64,000 nucleotides of DNA from Nitrospirota bacterium. GTDB lineage: Bacteria > Nitrospirota > Nitrospiria > Nitrospirales > NS-4. Position 1 is the first letter of the stretch. Each line of letters begins with the position of its first letter. Of the stretch, positions 28,532 through 38,335 are shown in pieces. The DNA lies in assembly GCA_963788195.1 (NCBI GenBank), contig CAWBGA010000013.1:160001-224000 (forward strand). The letters are read 5' to 3'. Made by a program: the position numbers and the translations under genes. The notes beneath the pieces are model-generated. The model saw only the letters and a list, made by a program, of their open reading frames with translations, made no database searches and was not told the origin of the DNA.

Positions 28532-31522
28532 ATGTCAGGCGATCTCTCTCCTAAATTCACCATGCTCCTCGCGGAGTTCCTTGAGGAAGATGACGCCCGG
28601 TCACAAGGGGCACGGCTGTCGACGTATCGGAATGCCTCGCAATTGCTTGTGTTACTGATGGAGCTGCGTGATCGCTCGCACAAGGCCGCGGCACTGGCGG
28701 TCAGAGCCCTCCCCATGGTGATGGAGTTGCTGCCCGAAGCGGAACTTCTGCTCTGGATGGATCTTGCCGTTTCCCTCAGCGAACACTCCGGTGCGATCGC
28801 GTTAAAGTACTGTGCAGAAGCAGAGACAATTCTTAAACTGATTCCTCCGGACGCGACCGGTGCGGTGCTCAGGGTGACGCTGGAGTTGGCCGACCAGGAT
28901 GCGGCGCTCGCGTTGGAAGGGTTTCGCACCGCAGGGGATGCATCATCGATGACGGGGGTTGACGCGCTCTCATCCTGGGCGCAAATCGGCGCTGATCTCG
29001 CTCGGTGGGATTATGTGATCGGCGTCGAATATTTTCGTCGCAGCCCGGAAGCGCTCCGCGTCCTTTTAGTTGACGATTTGAAAGCCTGGGCCTCGGTGAG
29101 TCTGAAGCTTGTGCTCACCAACACTTTCGGCAAACCCGATTATCTGGGAGCGCTGACGTACATGCGGACGAGCGCAACCCTGCTGACCGAGCTGTCGACA
29201 CTGGGCGCCCGGCGGCGGCTGGTGGCTCTCGTCGGTGCGATGGCTGATCGGAGCCCGAGCATTGCCATTGCATTGCTAGGGGAGGCGCCTGGGCTGCTGC
29301 ATCGGCTCCCCACTCCTGAATGGCAGGAGCGCGTGCTCAGGTATGGAATGCTCGTCGCAGACAAGGACCCTGAGGCCGCTGTTGCGTATGTGCACCGGGC
29401 GCACGAGGTGCTCACGCTCATTGGAGATGATGCCGAAGCTTCTTTCGCAGTGGGACGCTTTGAAGACTGGTTTAAGGCCGGCATGGAGGTCTTGGACCTC
29501 AATCCCGAGGCGGCCCGGGCTTACTTTGCGACGGAGACGCGAAAGGCTCTGGAAGCACTGGAGCGGGCTGCCAGCGGTGTAGCCTTGAAGGACGTCGTGC
29601 GTGTCCTGAAGCTTTTTGCCGAAGGGTTGAGTGGCAAGCCGTTGACGATTCGTCACCACGGCCAGGATGAGAGTGAGGCTTCGTCGTCGCCAACCACTTC
29701 GGGCGAAGGCATCATCGTGTTGCCCGCTCGCATGCGCCGGTATCCGGGGCGCAATGACAACTTACGCATGTACAAACTTATGACGGCGCACGAGGCCGGC
29801 CATTTTGAGTACGGCACATACGATCTGGATCTCGGGTCTGTCCAGGATCTGGCGGCGCAAGCCTGTCTTCGTTACGGCCGGCCGGCGCCGACCCATCTGG
29901 GCTCCCTTGACGATCTCTTCCACTGCTATCCTCAGCCCTCTCTCATTCGAGACATCTGGAAGCTGGCAGAAGATGCCCGGATAGACGCGGGCCTAAAGAC
30001 CGAGTACCCCGGCCTACGCCGGGACATGGAGGACCTGCTCGGAGAAGAGCTGTCTAAACGAACGCTCACCCACGGGATGTCTGTGAAGGAGATGATTGTT
30101 GAGCTGCTGCTTCAACTTTCCGCCGATCGTCCTGATGCGGTCCGAATCCCGTTTGCGTTGGAGGATGTCGTCACACGCGCCTGGGCTCTCTTGCGGAGCG
30201 TCGTTCACCCTGATGTCTCAACCGAAGCCGTGGTCCGCGCGGTGCATCGAGCCTATGTCCTTATAGAAGAACTCACGGCCCCCAGTGAGCCCGCGTCTGA
30301 TGATGAGCGAGCGGAACCGTCTGCTCTACCGGACAAGCCTCGAGAAGGAGAGTCGCAAGGAGGAACCTATAGGCCGTTGGAAAACTTTACCTATCGCGGA
30401 CCAATGGAGGTTGAAGCTGGACCCGCCGGTCACGACCCCGCCAAGACAAATTCGTCTCTCCCGTGGTCTGAGTCTGTGCCGCACCCGCCTTCCTCACGTT
30501 TTGCCGAGACGGAACGGCCGGCCCGTGAGGCAGGCTCTTCGGAGCCTCCCGTGGCGCCAGCACAGCCCGCCTCTGCCGAAACGGAAGCCATGCCCGAGGG
30601 CCCGAGCCTGGCCGAGTCTGTGGAGGATCGGCGTATCTTTTTTTATGATGAGTGGGACGGCCGGATCGTGGACTATCGTTCCAATTGGTGTCGAGTCATC
30701 GAGGAGACAGCGACGGAAGGGCCCGGCGGTTTTGTCGAGCGAACGAGGATGACCCATGGTGGCACCATCGCTTTGATTCGTCGCTATTTCGAGGGAATTC
30801 GACCATCGGCTTTACGGCGTTTGCGTCGTCAGTCGGACGGCGAAGAGGTGGATATCGAAGCGGTGGTCGAAAGCCTCGTCGAGCAGCGCGCGCAGACAAG
30901 CCCCACCGAGGACGTGTACATCCGCAAGGATCGCCGGGAACGCGATGTGGCAGTCGCATTTCTCGTGGACCTAAGCGGCTCCACCGGTCGGCAGATCGGG
31001 CCGGACGGGATGCGCATCATCGATGTGGAAAAGGATGGCCTGGTCTTGCTTGCGGAAGGGCTTGAGGCGATCGGCGATCAGTACGCCCTCTATGGCTACT
31101 CCGGACAGTCGCGCAACGAGGTTCAATTTCTGGTGCTGAAGGACTTTGACGAGCGCTACGGACCGACAATCTGGCGACGCATTGATGCCGTCCGTCCGCT
31201 GGTGCAGAACCGTGACGGCGCTGCCATCAGGCATGCCACACATCGAATTCTGGAGCGATCCGCGCGCGTGAAACTTTTGGTCCTGCTAAGTGATGGGCGC
31301 CCGCTCGACGACCTCTACGGCGACGAGTATGCGCTGGAGGATACTAAGGCTGCGCTCCGTGAAGCGAGGGCGAAGGGCATTCATCCCTTTTGCGTAACCG
31401 TTGATCATGAGGAGTCCGGGTACCTGGCAAGAATGTACGGGGACGTGAGCTATGTGATCATCGATCGTGTGCAGACTCTTCCTGAGCGTCTCCCCAGAAT
31501 TTATCGGACGTTAACCACATGA
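28532..31522 (+). CDS. NorD/CbbO family VWA protein with a long helical N-terminal extension
   Basis: HEAGH, EDARID, YDEWD, DLSGST MIDAS, NRDGAAIRHA, LSDGRP, EDT. Confidence 0.88.
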   Translation: MSGDLSPKFTMLLAEFLEEDDARSQGARLSTYRNASQLLVLLMELRDRSHKAAALAVRALPMVMELLPEAELLLWMDLAVSLSEHSGAIALKYCAEAETILKLIPPDATGAVLRVTLELADQDAALALEGFRTAGDASSMTGVDALSSWAQIGADLARWDYVIGVEYFRRSPEALRVLLVDDLKAWASVSLKLVLTNTFGKPDYLGALTYMRTSATLLTELSTLGARRRLVALVGAMADRSPSIAIALLGEAPGLLHRLPTPEWQERVLRYGMLVADKDPEAAVAYVHRAHEVLTLIGDDAEASFAVGRFEDWFKAGMEVLDLNPEAARAYFATETRKALEALERAASGVALKDVVRVLKLFAEGLSGKPLTIRHHGQDESEASSSPTTSGEGIIVLPARMRRYPGRNDNLRMYKLMTAHEAGHFEYGTYDLDLGSVQDLAAQACLRYGRPAPTHLGSLDDLFHCYPQPSLIRDIWKLAEDARIDAGLKTEYPGLRRDMEDLLGEELSKRTLTHGMSVKEMIVELLLQLSADRPDAVRIPFALEDVVTRAWALLRSVVHPDVSTEAVVRAVHRAYVLIEELTAPSEPASDDERAEPSALPDKPREGESQGGTYRPLENFTYRGPMEVEAGPAGHDPAKTNSSLPWSESVPHPPSSRFAETERPAREAGSSEPPVAPAQPASAETEAMPEGPSLAESVEDRRIFFYDEWDGRIVDYRSNWCRVIEETATEGPGGFVERTRMTHGGTIALIRRYFEGIRPSALRRLRRQSDGEEVDIEAVVESLVEQRAQTSPTEDVYIRKDRRERDVAVAFLVDLSGSTGRQIGPDGMRIIDVEKDGLVLLAEGLEAIGDQYALYGYSGQSRNEVQFLVLKDFDERYGPTIWRRIDAVRPLVQNRDGAAIRHATHRILERSARVKLLVLLSDGRPLDDLYGDEYALEDTKAALREARAKGIHPFCVTVDHEESGYLARMYGDVSYVIIDRVQTLPERLPRIYRTLTT

Positions 31523-31917
31523 CCGAATCTGCGGAGCGTGACACCGGAGAGAGGCAGATCCCGGCGTGGGTGTACAAGCTCTTCACGGGTCATGCCTATC
31601 CCTACGTTCGCCGGCAAGCCAAGTTCGCCTATAAGCGCGAGCCGACGCCCGATGACATCAGGCTTAAATTTTGGGAGATCTATCCGCGGTGCTGGGTCAA
31701 AATGCTGCAGGAGATAAAGACCGGGATGATCGTGAGCTTCATTGAGTTAGGGCGCTACGAGCCTGGTACATTCCAAGCATTGATCGATTCTCCGGACGAG
31801 TTCTTGGCCAACACCTATGGAAAGAAAAAGATTAAGCTGAATTTCTATCTGGGCGAGAACTTCGTATGCACCATTAATTTCAAGGTCGCGGGCTGGAGCT
31901 CTCATGATGACGATTAG
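31519..31917 (+). CDS. Hypothetical protein
   Basis: 132 aa; ATGA overlap with the VWA gene. Confidence 0.65.
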   Translation: MTESAERDTGERQIPAWVYKLFTGHAYPYVRRQAKFAYKREPTPDDIRLKFWEIYPRCWVKMLQEIKTGMIVSFIELGRYEPGTFQALIDSPDEFLANTYGKKKIKLNFYLGENFVCTINFKVAGWSSHDDD

Positions 31918-31952
31918 GAATAGGAAATGGAGTTAGAGCGGGGGTAGGCATA

Positions 31953-32888
31953 GTGGCACGTGAAAAAATCACCGTCGTGGGCGCCGGAAACGTCGGAGCG
32001 ACGACGGCGCAGCGGCTTGTGGAGGCAGGGTGTTACGATGTCGTCCTGCTCGATATCGTGGACGGCGTTCCACAGGGCAAAGGGTTAGACCTCTCGCAGG
32101 CGTATCCTCTGGTCGGCGCGCAGGGAAAGATCGAGGGGACGGGAGACTATAAGGCGACGGCGGGATCGTCCGTGGTCATCATCACATCGGGGGTTCCCCG
32201 TAAGCCCGGCATGACCCGCGAGCAATTACTGGATACCAACGCGAAGATCGTAAAGAGCGTCGTGGAGCAAGCCATTGCAGTCTCTCCGGATGCGATTCTC
32301 CTCGTGGTCACAAATCCGCTCGACGTCATGACCTACGTCGCGTATAAGGTGAGCAAGTTTCCCCGCCAACGAGTCGTCGGCATGGCCGGAGTGTTGGATG
32401 CGGCGCGATTGCGGGCGTTCATTGCCGCTGAATTGAAGGTTTCGACCGACAACGTCCACGCGATGGTGCTTGGAGGACATGGCGATTCAATGGTTCCCTT
32501 GATCCGCTATACCACTATTGCGGGAGTGCCGCTCAGTCAGTGGCTGCCTCAGGAGCGAATTGAGTCCTTAGTGAAACGGACACGCGACGGCGGGGCGGAG
32601 ATCGTCGCTCTTCTCAAGACCGGCAGCGCCTACTATGCGCCGTCGGCGTCAATCGTCAGCATGGTCGATGCGATTCTTCAGGACAGCAAGAAGATTCTTC
32701 CCTGCGCGGCGATGTGTCAGGGTGAATATGGACTCAATGATGTGTTTGTCGGTGTTCCGGTGAAACTTGGCCGGCAGGGAGTGGAGGAGATCGTGGTCAT
32801 CTCCCTGAATGCCGACGAGCAAGCTGGATTGTTGAAGTCCGCCGCAGTGGTCAAGGAGATGTGCACGGCCGTTGACGCCATGATCTGA
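31953..32888 (+). CDS. mdh: Malate dehydrogenase (LDH-like)
   Basis: [48 protein letters not shown]. Confidence 0.93.
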   Translation: MAREKITVVGAGNVGATTAQRLVEAGCYDVVLLDIVDGVPQGKGLDLSQAYPLVGAQGKIEGTGDYKATAGSSVVIITSGVPRKPGMTREQLLDTNAKIVKSVVEQAIAVSPDAILLVVTNPLDVMTYVAYKVSKFPRQRVVGMAGVLDAARLRAFIAAELKVSTDNVHAMVLGGHGDSMVPLIRYTTIAGVPLSQWLPQERIESLVKRTRDGGAEIVALLKTGSAYYAPSASIVSMVDAILQDSKKILPCAAMCQGEYGLNDVFVGVPVKLGRQGVEEIVVISLNADEQAGLLKSAAVVKEMCTAVDAMI

Positions 32889-32944
32889 AGCCGCAAAGTG
32901 CTCTAAGGATAAAACCCCATGAATGGAAAGGTGGTGATCGGCCT

Positions 32945-33535
32945 ATGAATCCTCTCGATAATCCAAATCAGACAATCGGCGTGGGTGTCGCTCTCACGGT
33001 CGTTCTGGTGGTTCTCTATGCTGCGGGGACGGGGGGCGGGGCAAATGCCGATTGGTACGGGCTGGTGATACGCTGGCTGCATTTCCTGGCGGGCATTACC
33101 TGGATTGGGCTCTTGTATTTCTTCAACGTGGTCAATGCGGGATTCATGAAAAGCTTGGATGGCCCGACCAAAAATATTGTCATTCCAAAGCTTATGCCGA
33201 CAGCGTTAGCCTGGTTCCGCCATGGCGCCAGCGTGACGGTGCTTGCGGGATTGCTCTTGTATTTTCATCACTATGGACAAAACATGGCCAGCTCGGGAGC
33301 GATTGCGGTGGGCATCGGCGGCCTCCTGGGGATCATCATGTGGGCCAACGTCTGGTTTGTCATCTGGCCAAATCAGAAGAAGATCATTGCTGCGGTCTCC
33401 GTTGCGAGTGCCACCCCCCCTCCCCCGGAAATGGCGGGTTGGGGGCGTACCGCGTTGCTGGCTTCCCGTGTCAACTTTATGCTCTCGATCCCGATGTTGT
33501 TCTTTATGGCCGCGGCCAGCCACTTAACTCATTAG
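32945..33535 (+). CDS. Membrane protein of the PuuD/Urate_ox_N family, lacking a cytochrome domain
   Basis: RWLHFLAGITWIGLLYFFN, WFR, NVWFVIWPNQK, SRVNFMLSIP. Confidence 0.7.
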   Translation: MNPLDNPNQTIGVGVALTVVLVVLYAAGTGGGANADWYGLVIRWLHFLAGITWIGLLYFFNVVNAGFMKSLDGPTKNIVIPKLMPTALAWFRHGASVTVLAGLLLYFHHYGQNMASSGAIAVGIGGLLGIIMWANVWFVIWPNQKKIIAAVSVASATPPPPEMAGWGRTALLASRVNFMLSIPMLFFMAAASHLTH

Positions 33536-33657
33536 ACTCAACTAGTGTTTTTGTCGATGGCGCTCGTTTCATAGGAAAATCCGGAGCCCAGCAAGGGGCT
33601 CTCGGGGAACTCGCACCAGGCACAGGCCAAATCGAGACAGCTCCAAGGAGGACCGCG

Positions 33658-35064
33658 ATGAGGGACAACAAGGCAATGCGCATAGGGATCACAGGCGGAG
33701 CGCTCTGTCTTGGGATTCTTGCTTTGAGCATCGCTTATAGCCAAGAAGCTAACCAGAAGCCATCCAGTTACGCGCCCGTGGACATCAAGGAGAGTTTCGC
33801 GACGACCATGACCCGGATGACAGCCGCAAAGCCTGATGTTATGAAGCGGCAGATGGACTTGCTCAAGGCGCGGTATGACCTGGTGAACCGCCCGGCCAAA
33901 GACGTCTCGATGTCCCGCGGAAAACCTCTCCAGGAAGGCGCACGAGCAAGACTTCCACAAGGGATGACGTGGGAGAAGCTGCAAGCGATGAGCCCCGAGG
34001 AGGTCCGTGATAAGGATGTATTCCCAGCCGGATTTTTTCCTCTTCCCCACCCGAACCATCCAGAAGGCGGAATGCTGTTTCCGAAGTTCCACATAGAGGA
34101 GATTAAGAAGCAAGAGGGGCGTGATCTTGCGCGCTTTGACCTGGACTTTGACCTGCCGGACCATTTCTTGCCCGAGTTTCCGGCGCCCATTTATCTGACG
34201 ACCAGACCCGATCTCGGTGACGTATCCCAGGGCAAATTGGTGACGATTGATAACTATTACGAACTGTTCAACGGGATCCTAAATCCCAAGCAGCTCGAAG
34301 GCTTGCGCTTGCTGCTCACCCCGTTCCCGCAGCAGCAGTTCAACCAGACTGAGGACCGGCGCACGGTGCGCCCTAGTCGTGGCGTCGTGTGCTTCGAATG
34401 TCACGCGAACGGACATACGAACGGCAGCACGCATCTGGTCGGCGACATCCGACCCCAAGAGTTCCGCCATCGTATTGAGACTCCTTCTCTCCGTGGCGTG
34501 AACATCCAGCGGCTGTTCGGCTCACAGCGGGCCCTTAAGAGCGTCGAGGATTTCACGGAGTTTGAGCAGCGCGCTGCCTATTTCGATGGGGATCCGGTGA
34601 TCGCCACGAAAAAAGGGGTCAACATCCTCGAGCGGGGCAGTCAGGTGCATTTTATGGCGGAGTTCCAGGCGCTGCTGGACTTCCCACCAGCCCCGAAGCT
34701 TGGCATCGATGGCAAGTTGGATCCGAAGAAAGCGACTGAATCCGAGAGACGCGGACAAAGCCTGTTCTTCGGCAAAGCCAACTGCGCGAGTTGCCATCAA
34801 CCCCCCTACTACACAGACAACCTTATGCACAATCTGAAAGCCGAGCGATTCTACAAGCCGCGCATGATCAACGGCATGATGGCTTCAGCCGACGGTCCGA
34901 TCAAGACATTTCCCTTGCGCGGCATCAAGGACTCGCCGCCGTATCTCCACGATGGGAGGCTGCTGACCTTAGAGGACACAGTGCAGTTCTTCAATCTTGT
35001 GTTGGAGACGCGTTTGACGGAGGCGGAGAAGACCGACGTGGTCGCATTCCTGAGAGCGCTCTAG
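33658..35064 (+). CDS. Exported di-haem cytochrome c (CCP/MauG-like superfamily)
   Basis: AAGGAGG RBS, signal peptide, CFECH and CASCH, TPSLRG, PPYLHDGR. Confidence 0.85.
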   Translation: MRDNKAMRIGITGGALCLGILALSIAYSQEANQKPSSYAPVDIKESFATTMTRMTAAKPDVMKRQMDLLKARYDLVNRPAKDVSMSRGKPLQEGARARLPQGMTWEKLQAMSPEEVRDKDVFPAGFFPLPHPNHPEGGMLFPKFHIEEIKKQEGRDLARFDLDFDLPDHFLPEFPAPIYLTTRPDLGDVSQGKLVTIDNYYELFNGILNPKQLEGLRLLLTPFPQQQFNQTEDRRTVRPSRGVVCFECHANGHTNGSTHLVGDIRPQEFRHRIETPSLRGVNIQRLFGSQRALKSVEDFTEFEQRAAYFDGDPVIATKKGVNILERGSQVHFMAEFQALLDFPPAPKLGIDGKLDPKKATESERRGQSLFFGKANCASCHQPPYYTDNLMHNLKAERFYKPRMINGMMASADGPIKTFPLRGIKDSPPYLHDGRLLTLEDTVQFFNLVLETRLTEAEKTDVVAFLRAL

Positions 35065-35106
35065 AAACAGCTATGCCCGTTCCGTTTTCTTAATGAGGTC
35101 CCAGTC

Positions 35107-35268
35107 ATGGCCGAACACAACCTTCAATCCCTCCTATGTCCGAGGCTCGACGAAGCCCAAATCAGCGAGCTCGACCGTTGCACCACGGCCACGCCTCGGT
35201 TGTATCGGGACGGGCAGACGCTCTTTGCGGTCGGCGACCGCGACCTCAAATTCTTTATCGTCATTTAA
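35107..35268 (+). pseudogene. Truncated N-terminus of a cNMP-binding-domain protein
   Basis: MAEHNLQSLLCPRLDEAQI..YRDGQTLFAVGDRDLKFFIVI* stops in the middle of the domain. Confidence 0.55.
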
Positions 35269-35334
35269 ACGTTGGCGTCATAGTCTTCCGTCGCCATCCC
35301 ATTTTATCTTGATTAACTAGATCTCTAGAGGGTC

Positions 35335-35478
35335 TTGACTCTTATTCTAAACAATGTTAGTAAATAGTAAACTTAACTAGATAGTAAGAATTCTAACGGT
35401 GGTGTAACTGATAGGGATTAAAGGGTATGACCTCGCGCAGCGTCCGAGAGTTATTCCTGTTTAGGAATTATTCAGAAC
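35335..35478 (+). promoter_or_regulatory. AT-rich promoter with Per/Fur-box-like half sites
   Basis: TTGACT at 35335; ATTCTAA twice; TTAGGAAT-T-ATTCAGAA imperfect palindrome at 35461-35477. Confidence 0.5.
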
Positions 35479-35497
35479 AACGAACATGAACATAAGG

Positions 35498-35951
35498 ATG
35501 AAAAGCACGCCCGCGGATAGTTCGGCAGCGATTCCGCGAAAAGGGGCTCAAGTTAACCCCGCAGCGATACGCCATCTATGAGATGATGATCCACACCGAG
35601 TCTCATCCGACGGTGGAGGATATCTATCACGCTGTGCAGCCGACGTTCCCGATGTTGTCACTCAACACCGTGTATTACACCCTGACATCGCTGAAAAAGG
35701 CCGGATTGATAGATGATGTGCCGGTTCAGGAGGGTGCGGCGCGATTTGATGCCAATATGGACCGGCATCACCACTTGGTCTGTCTTACGTGTCGTAAAAT
35801 CGAGGATTTGTACGATGACGCATTGGATAAATTGAAGATTTCGGCGAAAAGCACCAATGGATATCTCGTCGAATCTCACCGTGTCGAATTTCGCGGGTAC
35901 TGCAGCGAGTGCCGGACGTCACGGCGTCGGTCAAAACAAAAGGTCAGGTAA
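35498..35951 (+). CDS. Fur/PerR family regulator, indel near 35518
   Basis: GLKLTPQR, SHPT, SLNTVY, HHHLVCLTC, GYCSEC. Confidence 0.88.
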
Positions 35952-35983
35952 TGTCCACACAGAGACAAGAAGGAGGTGCAAGC

Positions 35984-36411
35984 ATGGGCAGAGTTTAAAG
36001 GGATCAAAAAGCTACGACAATCTCAAGGAGGCCTTCGCGGGTGAGTCGCAGGCAAATCGTCGATATCTATACTTCGCGCGTCGGGCGGACATCGAGGGCT
36101 ATCCCGATGTGGGGGGGTTGTTCCGAGACACATCGGAAGCAGAGACAGGTCATGCGTTCGGGCATCTGGACTTTCTCAAGGAGGTCGGGGACCCGGTGAC
36201 GGGCGTCCCGATCGGCAATACCGAAGCGAATTTAAAGTCGGCGGTCGAGGGAGAGACCTACGAGTACACCCAAATGTATCCCGGGATGGCCAAGACCGCT
36301 CGCGACGAAGGCTTCGCGGAACTGGCTGAATGGTTCGAGACGCTCGCGAAAGCCGAGCGATCGCACGCCAACCGGTTTTCCAGGGGACTCGAAGGGCTCA
36401 AGCCGGTCTGA
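35984..36411 (+). CDS. rbr: Short rubrerythrin without rubredoxin domain; indel just after ATG
   Basis: AGGAGG RBS; AFAGESQANRRY, ETGHAFGH, GETYEYTQMYPG, AERSHA. Confidence 0.9.
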
Positions 36412-36449
36412 TCGTAATTGGGAACCTCCCCATGCGGAGAAAGGCGAGA

Positions 36450-37719
36450 ATGAAGGGCATTACACTTACTCCGGCCAAACTGGAACGGCCGGCTGTTGTG
36501 CAAGAGACGTTGCGTGTCTTCGACGTCTGCGAGGGTTGCCGCCGCTGCTTCAACCTCTGCCCCTCCTTCCATACACTGTTTGACCGGATTGACGCGCAAG
36601 ATAGCGACGTGAAGAGGTTGACGCCTGCGGATTATGCACAGGTGGCGGACGAGTGTTACTACTGCAAGCTCTGTTACAATCATTGCCCATATACTCCCCC
36701 GCATCAGTACGAAATCGACTTCCCGCGGTTGATGATCGCCTGGAAAAAGTTGCTCGCGCAAGAGCGGCGGGTGCCGTGGCGGGACTGGTTGTTGGTTCGG
36801 ACCGACTGGCTCGGCACAGTCGGAACTACCTTCGCGCCGATCATGAATCGAATGCTGCGCGCGCGGTGGCTGCGCGCCCTGCTGCATCGCTTTTGGGGGA
36901 TCCACCGCGACCGATGGCTGCTCACGTTCCAGCGCGAAGCCTTTCCTCGGTGGCTCGCGCGTACCCGACCGACCCGGCCGGAGCCGAGTTTGACGTCCGC
37001 CGACGAGTCCGCACATGTCGCGCTGTTTTCAACCTGTCTTGTTGACTATCACGAAGGGGAGATCGGCCGGGCGACGTTAGCCGTGCTCGAGAAAAATCAG
37101 GTGCGAGTGGTGAGGCCCGAGCAACAATGCTGCGGAATGCCGTTTTTCGAGATGGGCGACATTGCGGCCATGCTCAAGAAGGCCCGAGTTTAATCTGAAC
37201 GCCCTGAAGCCGTGGGTACAACGGGGCTATGATGTCGTGGTGCCTTCGCCAAGCTGCAGTCTGATGCTGAAGCGCGAGTACCCCCACCTTCTGCCCACCG
37301 AGGATTGCAGGCTCGTTGCGGAGCGAACGTTCGATGTGTGTGAATACCTCATGAAGCTTAAAAAGGCGGGGAAACTCAAAACGGATTTCGTCGCGAGCCC
37401 GGGGAAGATTGCGTACCATATTCCTTGCCACCTCCGCGATCAGAATATCGGGTTTAAATCAAAGGAGCTCATGGAGCTCACAGGGGCCACCGTCGATGTG
37501 GTGGAACGCTGCTCCGGTCACGACGGCATTTGGAGCGTGAAAAACGAATTCTTCGAGATGTCGATGACGATTGCGGCCAAGGCGGTACGCGATCTGGAAG
37601 CGGCTCAGCCCGATATTGTGGTCTCCGATTGCCCGTTGGCCGCACTGCAACTCACCCAAGCGGGAGGACGGTCCGTCGGCCATCCCATTCAAGTCATCAG
37701 GCAAGCCTACGGAGTATGA
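36450..37719 (+). CDS. Rubrerythrin-associated Fe-S oxidoreductase (GlpC/HdrD-like), frameshift near 37190
   Basis: CEGCRRCFNLC, CYYCKLCYNHCP, CCGMP, SCS, PCHLR, CSGHDG, SDCP. Confidence 0.85.
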
Positions 37720-38297
37720 AACCCTTGACCGTCCAGGACCTGTTACCGGCCGACCAGTACGAGCGCACGCGCGATGAGTTCAGGCGACGCATCATCGGGC
37801 TCAAAGAGCATCGGCGGATCGCCGTCGGCGATCTCGTCACGCTGGTGTTTGAGAACCGGGATACGATCCTCTTTCAGATCCAGGAGATGATCCGCGCCGA
37901 ACACATCGTCGCGCCCGAGCGGATCCGTGAAGAACTGGAGACGTACAACGCGCAGATTCCTGGATCGCAGGAGTTGAGCGCAACCCTGTTCATCGAAGTT
38001 ACGGATCCGACGAAGGTGAAGTCCATTCTTGATCGGTTTCACGGCATCGACACGGGACAGACCGTCGGCTTTCAGTTAGGAAATCAACGGGTGTACGGGA
38101 TCTTTGAGCAAGGCCGTGCCAAGGAAGACAAGATCAGCGCCGTCCACTACGTACGATTCCCTTTCTCGGACAAGGAGAAGGCGCAACTGGCCAAATTAAG
38201 TGAACCCATTGAGATTTTCATCCAACATTCGGGGTATCAAGCCCGTGTCGCGGTCCCTGATGCGATTCGCAGGTCGCTCTTGCAGGACCTCGACTAG
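37716..38297 (+). CDS. DUF3501 family protein
   Basis: FENRDTILFQIQEM, ATLFIE, KISAVHYVRF; expected position after rbr and the oxidoreductase. Confidence 0.85.
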   Translation: MKPLTVQDLLPADQYERTRDEFRRRIIGLKEHRRIAVGDLVTLVFENRDTILFQIQEMIRAEHIVAPERIREELETYNAQIPGSQELSATLFIEVTDPTKVKSILDRFHGIDTGQTVGFQLGNQRVYGIFEQGRAKEDKISAVHYVRFPFSDKEKAQLAKLSEPIEIFIQHSGYQARVAVPDAIRRSLLQDLD

Positions 38298-38335
38298 ACT
38301 ACAATAAGAGCCTGCGGACACAACCGGGTGCTCAC

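Noticed and set aside
33052..33657. 200-aa N-terminal extension of the cytochrome ORF
   Set aside because: Overlaps the upstream gene out of frame; the RBS and signal peptide indicate ATG 33658
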